Below are positions 1 to 12,577 of a stretch of 64,000 bases of DNA, one piece after another; the first letter of the stretch is position 1; each line of letters opens with the position of its first letter. Source of the stretch: Heptranchias perlo (Eukaryota); assembly GCF_035084215.1 (NCBI RefSeq), contig NC_090363.1, forward strand, positions 5,952,001 through 6,016,000, given 5' to 3'. The translations under genes were made by a program, and so were the position numbers. Under the pieces are notes generated by a model. It had not been told where the DNA came from. It searched no databases and was given only the letters and a program-made list of their open reading frames with translations.

Positions 1-222
1 AGGTGCTGCCCAATGTCTTCTGTTGCCACTATCTGTCCCCAGATTTCGGGCCTTGGGGACCTCGTTCTGCCACTGATGCCACTGCCACCTGTCCCATATC
101 CATATTGGTCTTCTGCCCTTTTTTATCCAGCCTTGGACCGCGGGCCACCTACCCCTGACTGCCGCAAATGAGCCAGCCGCATCTGACCGATTTTATAACT
201 CATCATGAATATCATTAGGATA

Positions 223-404
223 ATTGTAAACAATTTTACAACACCAAGTTATAGTCCAGCAATTTTATTTTAAATTCACAAGCTTTCGGAGACTTCCTCC
301 TTCCGAAAGCTTGTGAATTTAAAATAAAATTGCTGGACTATAACTTGGTGTTGTAAAATTGTTTACAATTGTCAACCCCAGTCCATCACCGGCATCTCCA
401 CATC
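223..404. mobile_element. Penelope-like element terminal remnant forming a hairpin
   Basis: Inverted arms of ~65 bp; flanking direct repeat ATCATTAGGATA (211-222 and 405-416); same sequence family as 12580-12700 and 26610-26856. Confidence 0.75.
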
Positions 405-769
405 ATCATTAGGATAGACTAGCTAGGAAGGTCACTACACAACATGCTGCGAGTTTCACTTTTCCAAGATTACTTCTCTACAATGCCTGAATTCATGATT
501 TAGGAAGCTAGGGTTTAGCTTTCTATCAATCAATTATACAAGAAGGAACTATTATTTATACAGCATTGTCCCTCACACATGTTCCAAAGTTCTTCAGGTA
601 CAAGATTAGATTCTGAAGCTGTTGTTATTGGTCAAACAAAGCAGTCATTTTACATACAGAAAGATCCCACAAACAACAAACAACAATGAGTTGAATGATA
701 AGTTTTCATTAGAGGACGGATTGCCAGCCAGCACATGGAAGGACTCTCTGCTCTTCTTCCAATAACAAA

Positions 770-1130
770 ATCCAACAACAACTTGCATTTATATAGCTCC
801 TTTAACGTAGTAAAACATCCCAAGCCACATAAGGAGATATTAGGACCAGTAACCAAAAGCTTGGTGAAAGAGGTAGGTCTTAAGGAGTGTCTTAAGGGAG
901 GAGAGAGAGGTAGAGAGGCGGAGAGGTTTAGGGAGGGAATTCCAGAGCTTAGGGCCCAGGCAGCTGAAGGCACGGCCGCCAATGGTGGAGCGATTAAAAT
1001 CGGGGATGTGCAAGAGGCCAGAATTAGAGGAAAGCAGAGTTGTAAGGTTGGAGGGGTTACAGCGATAGGGAGAGTGTGAGGCCATGGAGGGATTTCAACA
1101 CCAGGATGAGAATTTTAAATTCGAGGGGTG
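770..1130 (-). mobile_element. L2-type LINE 3' fragment
   Basis: Reads TIGGRAFSCLGPKLWNSLP, with the tail GCTATATAAATGCAAGT(TGT)n. Related copies at ~29095-29310, 51310-51820, 55620-55945 and 57700-58070. Confidence 0.8.
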
Positions 1131-3305
1131 CTATTTACGTCTCATCAGAAGTTGGGCACCTGCAACAACGTATTTTCTTACATTTCCGACGCCAGCCATT
1201 CTATATGAACTAGATTGCCAGTTCACTGCCAATTACTAACCTTGGGGCTTTTCAGTGATGTTCACCTACTTGGCTCGGATTATTATGAACTCCAACTATC
1301 CAGAGCAAAACAGAGGAGACTTACCTCCCATCGGTTTAGACAGCATTTGAACAGGGTTCCCAAAGGTGCAAACAGAGTGTTGCAATCCAATATGCCATCC
1401 AGACTTATGCCACTGAACTAGCAATACTGCACCCAGTACTCTAACTGTTTCTTAACCAATGTCCTATGTAAATATATTACAGATTTTTATTCAGTCTATG
1501 AGGGTAAAACCCCAGAATCAAACATTGGTTTAATGTCCTATTTACACCTCTAGCTTTTAAAAGTAAACTGTTCATCTGTGTTCTTAGATCGCTCTGGACC
1601 TCTATAGCGCCTCTGAGAACAGTAGCGTTCTTATATTGTCTATGTTTTGTTTCCAAAAATGATCTACATCATATTGGTCTAAATTGACACGTGTTTCCCT
1701 CTCTCCTCTCGCAATCTCCTGCATTCTTCTTCACAATTTGTGGTCACCTAATTTGATAGAATCAGCATTTCTTTTACAGAAGATAAAGTTTCAATCAATA
1801 GGGTAACAAATTGATTGTTGAATTTCCCCGGAGGTTCCCGAACTCCCTCTGTAACTTCGACGGAAGATCGAGCGAAATGTTTTTTTCTGGGATTTCCACC
1901 CAACCTCGGAAATACACAACAGGGCGCATTGTTTTTTTCCGTTTCCCACATCAGTCATTTTAAGGCTGCATTTCATTATGATTGTCAATTTGGTGTTGCT
2001 TTATATTAAACTATAGGCTGTGCTATTCTGCAGGCACTGCCTAAATTAATTTCAATAGGTTTCTTAAATAGGGTAGCGAGTGGAAAATGTCATCCATCGT
2101 TCTGGGCTAGATTGGAACTAGAGTCCAAAGGCTGAGGGAGACAACTTCAAAATCATACAGTGAGGTGATCATATCTTTTCCTTCAACTCTCCTGACAAGC
2201 TACTGACCGAAGTGTTGATTTTATTCTTGACATTTTTCAAAGTACACCATTAAATATCTTGTTTTACTGAAAATATGTACATGAAAGCGTTTCAGCTGCG
2301 TGATTTTTTTCTATATAGTACTGAAAATTCATGTGTTCTTCCGCATATCAATAAAACGAAAGATTGGCAAAATTAAACTGTGCGATGAGACACTAACCTA
2401 CAGGAAAGTGATCATGAATTGCTTCATGCATTTGACTGGTAGCTTTATGTGTGAGATGAAAATGTGCTTTGCTGCAAAAATATTGAACTGGGGAATAGAC
2501 CATTGACAATTAAGGACTGAATTATATTCGTCAATCAGCCGTCCGTCTTCAACAAGGTAGATCGATAAACACAACTAATAGACGCGGTTGAGTTCTGTCG
2601 ATCGGATGCGACTGCAGAAAATGGCCACGAATGGCTTATATCGATTTCTCTGTGACGATTACTGTAATCAATAACCGATTTATATTCAAGAGTACATCTC
2701 ACCAACCAATGTGTTTCCATCTTTCTCTTAGTTTCAAGCGAAGTGATAGAAAATTGCAGCAGTTATCCTATCCTGGACAGGAACTGAGTTGCTGCCTACA
2801 TGTTAATGCCTGCCACATGGTCCAGTCCAGGATCATAAATCTTACAATGGTCACATCGTTGCTGAATTCTCAGAACCACGATTAGCTGAATGGAAACTTT
2901 TGTCCTTTTCTGTGATGTTTAGTCATCTTCAAGCCCGCCACTTCAAAACAATATGCAGTTTGAGTAAGTGTACAGATAGAACCGCGAATAGCTCAGTCTA
3001 GATAATTGGTTCAAGTATTATCGACGTGTTTCATGCTCCGATTTTCCTATGCAGTGTACTTATCAGATACCATGAACACTGCAATTTTTATACAATTCTC
3101 GAAACGCTAAAAAAAAAGCCGCTTTAAAGACTAACACCGTTTAATTCTATGCATCACTGAAGAATGTGCATCCTGCGTCAACATTGAGACCGCAAATAAT
3201 TCCATTCACACTTCACGTGGGTCGGTGCTAAATACTCTGTTTACCTTGCTAACGTTGCTCGCCCCTGGGCTCATTATCTCCAATCTCTTCACGTATACAC
3301 AGAAA

Positions 3306-3363
3306 ATGCTGTTCATTCAAGAGTTTACTTTAATGCAGCTGATTCTCTTTGCAACATGCATGG
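3306..3363 (+). CDS. Gene 1 exon 1, signal peptide MLFIQEFTLMQLILFATCM
   Basis: ATG in AAAATG context, hydrophobic leader, phase-1 donor G|GTGAGT. Confidence 0.8.
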
Positions 3364-6300
3364 GTGAGTTAATTGATTTTTGCCCGTTACCGATAGCGTC
3401 GACAATCCATAGGATAATGTGAATTTAAATTGTATCTTTTGCAGAAACTAGACTTTTTAAAAAAAAATTAAAACATTTCTAGCTTCTAATCGATAATTTT
3501 TATTATTTGAGATAACCACAAAAACGCTAACGGGCACCAATTGTTGATATGTTTTTTCCACAATTTACTGAAGATTGTCGCAATAACGATAAAATAGCGG
3601 TGTCACTGTGCTTGGTGATTGGTCCACGCTCCTCTGAGCAGATTTACGCTATGTCCTAGGCTTAAGCACCTATGCGGCAGAATTTCCGCAAGATTCCCCG
3701 TAACTTTGGCGGAAGATCGGCTCTTTTTTATAAAACAGTTGTTGAATGAAACAGGATAATGGATATATGAATGTCATATCAATCAAAATCACAGGTAATC
3801 GATCTGCCACCGCATTTTATCAGTTCAACCCTTGATTTATGCGGCTTTCCTAAATTTCTCCCTGCTGATTGATTGCTCAAGTTGCCTTCAGTAATGGAGG
3901 CAGCGAGATGGAGCAACACTACGGCGCGTTAACCTGCCTTTCCCTTTCAGACCCTGGCTGAGTTGCTGTGTGTTTACAGCAGGCTCTGGTTTACATATTT
4001 CTATTATTCGCTATTTCCTTTTTATCTCTGCATTGATATAATGTGAAATGCTAACGCCAATACTGATGGAAATGTCAATCAGCGTTAGTGAGGTGTGGAG
4101 TTCAGTGATGATCGGGTTTAGAGTTAAACGTTTCACTTTTCAGCAGATGGGAAGGTGAATTTCAGCGTTTACCAGTTCCCTCCCGTTATAACTGCACAAG
4201 AGGGGGAGTCGGTGACACTGAACTGTGCCATGGATTCTGAACGAAATCCACATCTGATCGGTACAGCTACATGGACACGGGGTGACCCGAATGGGTACGA
4301 ACTGGACAATAGTCCATTTTATAAACGTCGGCTGAATAAATCGGACAGCGATTCATTTATCAAGAACAGAATATTCATTAAAATCTCCGACTTGATTGAG
4401 AAAGACACAGACACATATTTCTGCAGCATACGTTTAATGGGAGAAGAAGCACGAAGCGGGAATGGGACCAAACTGGAAGTGAAACGTAAGTGACAACTTA
4501 AAATAATCGTTTATAAGGCACGTGCTCTAATTTTACAGACGTATACGATTCACACAAACCATAATGATCTTTGGTTCAATTTCCGAGCAGTGATAAGTTA
4601 GTTGATCTCACTACAATTTGCCCCAGCAATCTGGCCCCAGATATGGGGAAATCATCTAGAGTAGCTCCTCCTGGCCCCTTCTCAAATCTTCTCTCCTGTT
4701 AAGTGTTTATATTTCTGTGGACGTCTGTGGGGAGCGGGTGAAATTGGACATGGGCGGGGACGCAAAGCGGGCGGAATCGCATCTGCCGCCCGTTTTGCAA
4801 CGCGCCCGATATTCAATGCTGTTGAAGTCAATATGGGGCGCAGTGTGTAACAGGCGTCCGATGCGATACCGCCTGTGTTGCGTCCCCCTCCCGCCTATGT
4901 ACAAGATGTCTACCTGGCTAAACTGGATTGTGACGCCGCTTAGAGTCAAAAAGCCGATTTCACCATCTGGCTTCAACAATCGATTGCCATTTGAATGATG
5001 TATTGGGATCTACCGGTGACGCCAGAACCCATGAAGAGTCATTGCTTTGGGGAGAACAGAGCAGAAATTCAATAGAGGTGGAGGGAGGCTTCTTGACATT
5101 GCCCTTACTTTCACTGGAGGAGCAATCATTTTACTTCTATTTTAATATTTCGGTTATTTCTTTTTTTACAATCATGCTATTTGTCTTAATGCAAACAAAA
5201 TCGTTTTTCCTCCGCATTTTCAGATTTAGCTATAAAAATACTGACTTCAACTTCTTATTTCAGGCAGAATACAGGGAGAAAATAGCGAGAGCAGTAACCT
5301 GGAACCTTTCCTTGGAGGTGCCCTGGCGATCCTGGTTATAACAGTCATGATTCTTATATTTCGAATAATCTGGCAAAACAAAGGTCCGTAATCTTTACAA
5401 AACACGCTGGTAACAATTTAAATATTACACTTCAGCTATAGTGGGGAAGAATTGTTCTGGTCGCTACGAGTAGCAATACAGTTCATGCTTTCGTGGAGCT
5501 AGTCGGTATTTCTAGTGAAATGTGAAACACGTTTATTATGAACAATTATTTTAGCACACCCTTAGGATTTCACTAGAAATAATAATCCAAGGAACTATCC
5601 ATAATCCATTATGATGTCGCTACACATAGTGACCAGAATAACTCCGCATCCCATCCATAATTTCGATTGGCATTACTCCTGGTTTCATTTTGCTGGCCAT
5701 TATGAGCACTTCCCTTATTTTGCTAGAAACACCTAACAGAGGAAACCTTCACCGGCACATTTAGGATATTGAACATATATAGAGAACAGAGCAATTCCAT
5801 CGCTGCAGATAGCAGTTGGTGAATTACTGGAGACTTACTGTTTACTGGAATCATTGCACATGTATAACATCTCATCATCCAATGGTCCTTACTTGTGTAC
5901 CGACTAGCTCCACGAAAGCATGAACTATATTGCTACTCGTGGCGACCAGAACAATTCTTCCCCACTATAGCTGAAGTGTAACATCTAAATTGTCGATGGT
6001 CAATTTTACAGCATTTTTATAAGTAACAATATAATGGAAGTAATTATCTTAAGACTATTATATTAATGCCTATCTTCTTTCCCTTTCAGTTATCTTGAGG
6101 CTGAAAAGGTACTGGAAATGTTAAATCCGATAGATTTGATGATTGTTGAGAACGTAATGCGCATAATTTTAAATTCTAACATCATCTCTCTTATTACAGA
6201 AATCATAGAGAAACCAATCCAATATACGGTAAGGGAGCTTTAATTGCATTTACTTGACGTATTTTACATTGATTATTACTGCTGCTTAATTGACAAAAAC

Positions 6301-8387
6301 TAAATATGAAATATATTTACAAATTATTTTATTCAAAATCACTTCATCTCCAGTCTATTCATAAATCTATGTGTACACGTGTGCATGTGTGTGTGTGTGT
6401 GTGCGTGTGCATATGTGTGTATGCATGTGTGTGTTGCATTGTGTAATTCTGACATTTTCTATCATTGACTCCCCTCTCATATTCACAGAAACAGTCGATC
6501 CACAGCCAACGACACAAGTAAGACCACTGGATGTTGAGATGTTATACATGTGCAATGATTCCAGTGAACAGTAAGTCTCCAGTAATTCACCAACTGCTAT
6601 CTGCAGCGATGGAATTGCTCTGTTCTCTATATATGTTCAATATCATAAATGACTAGCTCCACGAAAGCCTTGAATATACTCAACAACTGGGGCAGAGAAT
6701 TCCAAAGATTCACAACCCTCTAAGTGAAGAAATTCCTCCTCATCTCAGTTTTAAATGGCCGACTTCTTATCCTGTGACTTTGCCCCCTAGTTCTAGACTC
6801 TCCAGCCAGAGGAAACAACCTCTCCGCATCTACCCTGTCAAGCCCCCTCAGAATCTTATATGCTTCAATGAGGTCACCTCTCATTCTTCTAAATTCCAGA
6901 GAGTATAGACCCATTCTACTCAACCTCTCATCATAGGACAATCCTCTCATCCCAGGAATTAATCTAGTCCAAATTCATCAAGTCCAAGTGGTGCAAACGT
7001 GATTGTACGTGGTACACAACTGGCTTAGCCAACCATTCCCAGATCTGGCTTGCCACATTAATCGCTTACAGGCTTTGCGTTACTCTGCAGAAACCATCCA
7101 CTACTCCAGGACCATCCTGGAGGGTAAGGATAACTCTAGGCTCCTTGTCTCTACTACTTTAAACAACTTTCTTCTCCACCTCCACTCTCACCTCAAGTGC
7201 GAGGAACTCAAGCATTTTCCTCTCAAAGACAGAGACCATCTGTTCAGCCGCCTTGCTGCTTCTGTCTTCCTCTTGTCCACAAAGCCAAATTTCCCCCAGT
7301 CATTGCCCTGAACCCTCGCCTCTCACCAGTTTCCCCCCTTTCCACCCAACTCCTCCAAATTCATCTCATCCATGAGACCTACTTCCTGTTTTCTTGATCA
7401 CCACTAAACTCCTGATCATCCGACTTCCCTTCCTCGCACTCATTTTAGCCAATATTGTAAATGGTTAAATTTATACAGGTACTATCGCCCTACCTTTCAA
7501 ACCGGCCGTCATTATCCCTTCTCAAGATCCTTGAACTCTCTGCCATATCTAGGTAATGTCCCATCTTCAAACTTTCCTTTACTCTCCAAGATCCTCAACG
7601 TGCTTTTGCCTCCCAGATCTGTATCAATCTCCCCTCCAAGAGGGTTTCTACCCCTCTCACAACACTGTAACAACCCTAACCAAAGTCATGCGTGGCATTC
7701 TCTGCTACTGAGAATTTGGTGTGTTATCCATCTTCATGCTCATTGACCTCTCGGTAAACTTTGACATCAATCACGTGATCCTCCTCCAATGCCTCTTCTC
7801 TGTTGTTCAACTCCGTGGTCATCCACTTTGCTTGGCTCTACTATTACGCATCCAGTAACAAGAGCATCACCAGCAATGGCATCGCTTTCCACCCATGCCA
7901 TTAGCTCGGGAGTCTCCAAAGGATACAGCCTTTACTCACTTGTCTATATATTTCCCCTAGTTGGCTCATCGAATCCTTGCATTCAGTATCCGTATGTATG
8001 CCAATTACAGATTTACTTATCCACTACCTATCTCGACTCCTCCACTGACTTTGTGCTGTCAGCCCGTTGCTCCGACATCTAGACTTGATTGAGCCATAAC
8101 TTGTTCTTTGACTCTGGGTCCATTTATTTTTTAATTACACATCGCTGAAGCGCCTTGGGACGTTTTTCTACGGCGCTATAAACATGAAAATTGGTTTTGT
8201 TGTATTTATATGCATTGGGAATTTAAGTCAATTTTAATCTGCTTGCAATAATTATCAGGCACATTCCAATCATGGCAGTGGTGAGTCGGTTTCCGTGCAT
8301 TATGTCCAAGTGAATACAAAGCAAGAAGGGAAGACGAGAAGAAAGAACAAGGAGGTACATCATGTGGAGTACGCCACCATCAACTGA
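3306..8387 (+). CDS. Gene 1: NKp30/NCR3-like single VJ-type Ig-domain inhibitory receptor with two ITIMs (7 coding exons, ~241 aa)
   Basis: Exons 3306-3363, 4144(or 4147)-4485, 5264-5383, 6090-6108, 6200-6228, 6489-6517 and 8259-8387 are all bounded by GT-AG. Intron phases 1,1,1,2,1,0 join into one open frame: leader, V domain, TM (PFLGGALAILVITVMILIFRIIW) and a tail containing IYETV, VHYVQV and VEYATI, then TGA. Confidence 0.88.
4144..4485 (+). CDS. Gene 1 exon 2, VJ-type Ig V domain (NKp30-like)
   Basis: B-strand Cys (VTLNC), C-strand Trp (IGTATWTRG), D-x-x-x-Y-F-C and J-like GNGTKLEV all lie in one exon. Acceptor TTTTCAG/CAG, donor C|GTAAGT. Resembles human NKp30 motifs IGSVTWFR and GNGTRLVV. 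Confidence 0.93.
5264..5383 (+). CDS. Gene 1 exon 3, stalk + transmembrane
   Basis: CTTATTTCAG acceptor; reads RIQGENSESSNLEPFLGGALAILVITVMILIFRIIWQNK; phase 1 to phase 1. Confidence 0.85.
6090..6517 (+). CDS. Gene 1 cytoplasmic mini-exons 4-6 (6090-6108, 6200-6228, 6489-6517)
   Basis: 19, 29 and 29 nt exons, each with a pyrimidine-tract AG and a GTA donor. They read VILRLKR/NHRETNPIY/ETVDPQPTTQ, and their phases match gene 2. Confidence 0.78.
6660..6970 (-). mobile_element. CR1-type LINE 3' fragment
   Basis: Reads LSYDERLSRMGLYSLEFRRMRGDLIEAYKIL, the CR1 ORF2 C-terminus. Confidence 0.85.
7060..8205 (+). mobile_element. Degraded L2 LINE fragment
   Basis: Decayed RT-like sequence ending in an L2-type tail. 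Confidence 0.55.
8259..8387 (+). CDS. Gene 1 last coding exon with two ITIMs
   Basis: Phase-0 acceptor ATTATCAG; reads AHSNHGSGESVSVHYVQVNTKQEGKTRRKNKEVHHVEYATIN*. AATAAA at ~8669. Confidence 0.85.
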   Translation, partial: AHSNHGSGESVSVHYVQVNTKQEGKTRRKNKEVHHVEYATIN

Positions 8388-11297
8388 AGCAGTGTGAAGA
8401 AACCAGAAAGACCTCAAAAATCCTGATCCTACGTATTCCTATCCCTGTCACTGTGAGAACAGGAACAATTTTAAACAGTATCCAGCACATCGACCGCCAT
8501 GTTCTTTATTACTCCAGCAATAATGTTGTAACATGTTAGCTATGAATCTATGTAAATCTGCAGTTGTTCCTAATTTCCCAGTTGTACAATATTCTGCCGT
8601 TTCAATTAATCACCCTGTGGAAGATGTGTAGCAAATCTTTGGAAATTGACTCTTCCTTCCCATTTCCAAATAAATATGTCTTTCCAGCTTGACAAACTGA
8701 ACAAGGTAGGAGAAGAATTCCTCTGGGTCATTGTGTGTAGTGACTGTGGAAATGCATCAGTGAAAATTCACTTCCGTTGGTATTTCTGGTGAAATCATAA
8801 AAGCATTCTTAAAAATGTATTCGCTGTTTTCCTAGAAATAGGTATCAAGAAATCTTCCCGGTGTGTTTGCATTATCAATAACAGATGGTGACCAGAGAAA
8901 ATCTTCTCCCAGGGTGACTATATACTACTTACTATTAACTAGCTTAAAATTTCTTATGAATAATAAAACTTAATCTTCTTAATTCTGCATGTCAGATTTA
9001 CGATCGTTTTACCCCAAGTGTTTGTCACAAATATTTCGATTTTGCACTTAATAAATTCTCAGATTCAACATCACCAGTCACCAGTAAGTGGACCTAGGGT
9101 CCCCTACAATTTGGAGTTCACCATTTGCTGTCCAGTATCTAGCTAAACGATATTGTGGCCAGGAATTGTAACATAGAACTCGTATTGTGTGTACTGGCTA
9201 CTGTAATATCATAGATACCATCATGTGTATTCTGCTGTCCTTACAGAAGGAAGTCTGAGAAACAAATTAATAAGACGAGACACAATGGGAAACAATCAGG
9301 TTAGTTTATTTTGGAACAACAGGATACAGTTTCCACAGTAATCTGTGTCGCTTCCCAATGCTCCTTCATTCACGAAAAATAACAAAGGTATGACTCCACT
9401 GAAGCTCTAGGTGAAAGCCCACTTTCAGGCAAGTTGTTCCCAAGTTACCTGGCCCTGTAGTCCTGTCTTTAGCTGCTTGAATTCACCCTACCTATCTGGT
9501 GTGTGAAGGAGAGAGTGAGAGCGGAGGGGGAGACGGGGAGAGAGAGATCTTCAAGACAAGGGATACTAGTTACCTCTGTATCACAGCAGCCCCCACCCCC
9601 AATCTCAACCCACCCTGACACCAGAATTAGTTTCAAATTGAACTAGTATTGTTGAACTGCCAAAAGCTTTCCCCTTTTATTAATTTAATTTTGAGCAGAC
9701 TGGACTCTGTTTTTTGCATATTAAAATTTGATTATCCGCTGTTCCTAAATGGACACCATTCAGGTAAATTGTCACCCTTCTCGGATGCTTGAAAAGCAAC
9801 TCGTACCAATAGATTGTAAACAAGTGATATCCAGACTGAGTGGTTTTGAAGCAGAGACAGGAATGCTCACAATTGCTTTCGGAGGAAACTTCCATGGCTG
9901 CACACACCCCACCTCCTTCCCCCCATACCGCTCCACGCACACTGTCTTGGAATCTGAGAAAGTACATTAAATGGGTTAAAACCGAGCCTTACTCCACCCT
10001 GTGGCCATATTGTAAATAAAAGGCGTGGATATTCCTCTGATAAAAAAAAACTCGAGGGTCTTACCATAACGATTCTAAAGTGGGTTTATAAATGAGTGCT
10101 AAATATCCACTTTAATTAAAACTTCAATCTTACAATTTAACAATTCACGATATTTTTACATTCAGCACCACAACTTAGCAAGAGTTGTTGCTCAGTGAAT
10201 ATTCAAGCAGAGCTGAAGATCTAATGATAAAAGCAAAACAATAAAATCATGCAGCCTGTAGAAGTAAAAAGCACGGAGCCTGTATCAGCTCAACTGCAAC
10301 AGACTCACGCGGTAAATGCAAAGCTTTGCAGAATTGAAAAGAAGCAATCGGCTTGGCTCTCAAATCTCACAGACAGAAAATAGACATAGTCCTGTAACTG
10401 TGCAATCCTCCATCTTCCCCTTACTGTTGATTTTGTTTTGTCCATTTAACAGTGGCGCAATGCTTCATGTGAACTCATAAACAAATATCATGATACAATA
10501 AAAGTCACAGGTATGATTTTCCCAATCAAATGTATATGAATTCAGCCAAATAAATGTCATCTTATATAATGTTACCCAGCCCTGTCTCATGCACATGACT
10601 TTTCTAATGATAGTCTGACGTAGGACACTCCACCCTGGACATGTATCCTTATCGGCATTTACAATTAGTGTTTTCAATAATTTTAACAAATTGTTGCCAA
10701 GTGTTTTGTTTACTTTCATTATTACTTCCTGTTTTTCTCTGAACATATCTCTCAGTCACCAGGTCACGCAGCGCGGGACACACGGTATAAAAATAACCTT
10801 GCTCCTCATCAAAAGAACTGTTTACATGATTCTGTGTTCCAATAAGACAATTTATTGCTTGATGCGGATGGATTCTATACGTGAATGCTGGTCATCTCAT
10901 GCTCGAAATACGTTCCTGTAATTCAGGTGATGGCTGGACTGTGGGCCGGTTGAATTGCCAGCTATTAGTGTGCTCATAAAACCAAGAGTCATTTTCAGGA
11001 TTGCTCAGTCCAACATTTGGCGTATTGTTCCGAGTCAGGCTGTACTAGGAGCAAAAATTCCGGTCAGTTAATCACACTGTCGACAACCGACAATACAGCA
11101 GCATTCTTGCAAGTACAGTATAACATTTTAAGAACGTGTTTGTTTAAAAGTAAACTTACCAATGACAAATTAACGTGTTTTTCTTCATGTGTTTTACATC
11201 TAGTGAAAGCTGTAATCTTCGCAATTCTTTCAAATGGCTTATTAGAATAAATCTAATTGTAGTGTTAGCAAATTATCGACACGTGTGACCTTGACAG

Positions 11298-12150
11298 TTT
11301 TTTTTTTATTCGTTCATGGGATGTGGGCGTCGCTGGCGAGGCCGGCATTTATTGCCCATCCCTAATTGCCCTTGAGAAGGTGGTGGTGAGCCGCCTTCTT
11401 GAACCGCTGCAGTCCGTGTGGTGAAGGTTCTCCCACAGTTAGGAAGGGAGTTCCAGGATTTTGATCCAGCGACGATGAAGGAACGGCGATATATTTCCAA
11501 GTCGGGATGCTGTGTGACTTGGAGGGGAACGTGCAGGTGATGGTGTTCCCATGTGCCTGCTGCTCTTGTCCTTCTCGGTGATAGAGGTCACGGGTTTGGG
11601 AGGTGCTGACGAAGAAGCCTTGGCGAGTTGCTACAGTGCATCCTGTGGATGGTACACACTGCAGCCACTCTGCGCCGGTGTTGAAGGGAGTGAATGTTTA
11701 GGGTGGTGAATGGGGTGCCATTCAAGCGGGCTGCTTTATCCTGGATGGTGTTGAGCTTCTTAAGTGTTGTTGGAGCTGCACTCATCCAGGCAAGTGGAGA
11801 GTATTCCATCACACTCCTGACCTGTGCCTTGTAGATGGTGGAAAAGCTTTGGGGAGTCAGGACGTGAGTTACTTGCTGCAGAATACCCAGCCTCTGACCT
11901 GCTCTTGTAGCCACAGTATTTATATGGCTGGTCCAGTTAAGTTTCTGGTCAATGGTGACCCCCAGGATATTGATGGTGGGGGATTTGGCGATGGTAATGC
12001 CGTTGAATGTCAAGGGGAGGTGGTCAGACTCTCCCTTGTGGGAGATGGTCATTGCCTGGCACTTGTCTGGCGCGAATGTTACTTGCCACTTATCAGCCCA
12101 AGACTGGATGTTGTCCAGGTCTTGCTGCATGCGGGCTCGGACTGCTTCAT
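11298..12150 (-). mobile_element. CR1/L2-group LINE, 5'-truncated 3' end
   Basis: Reads QQDLDNIQSWADKWQVTF...MEYSPLAW, with a poly-A tail; highly similar to 13350-14780. Confidence 0.88.
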
Positions 12151-12577
12151 AAAATAAACGGAATAACTTTGTTATATACTTCCGTTTTAAAATCGCATTT
12201 TAGCCCATATTTCTTATAAGTTCAACGTTAGCGGTGATTCCTTACCTTACACGGTTGCTATTATAAAATAAACAATTTTTGAATTATTTTAAAAGAGGTT
12301 GAGGCAGATCTAGACTCCCCAGAGAATCGGGTTAACAATTTGGTTCGGGAACATATAATCCATATCGAATCTACCGTGTAAATGTAATTTGGCCACTTGT
12401 TGTGAAGGTCTTCATTTAGAACGAGCTTCAGATTGGAGCTCACTGCATAGCAAGTTCTTGAGCCGGCCACTAGATGGAGCCCGTTGCAGAGCTGAAGAAA
12501 ACTACAAGACAGATCCAGTTCACTCATCCACAGGCAGCGTTTAGGAAAAGGTCATGAGCAAATTAAAGGGAAGGGGT

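Noticed and set aside
10040-12530. Scattered minus-strand splice-like sites and the 12261-12527 ORF
   Set aside because: They could not be assembled into an open frame or a recognisable protein.
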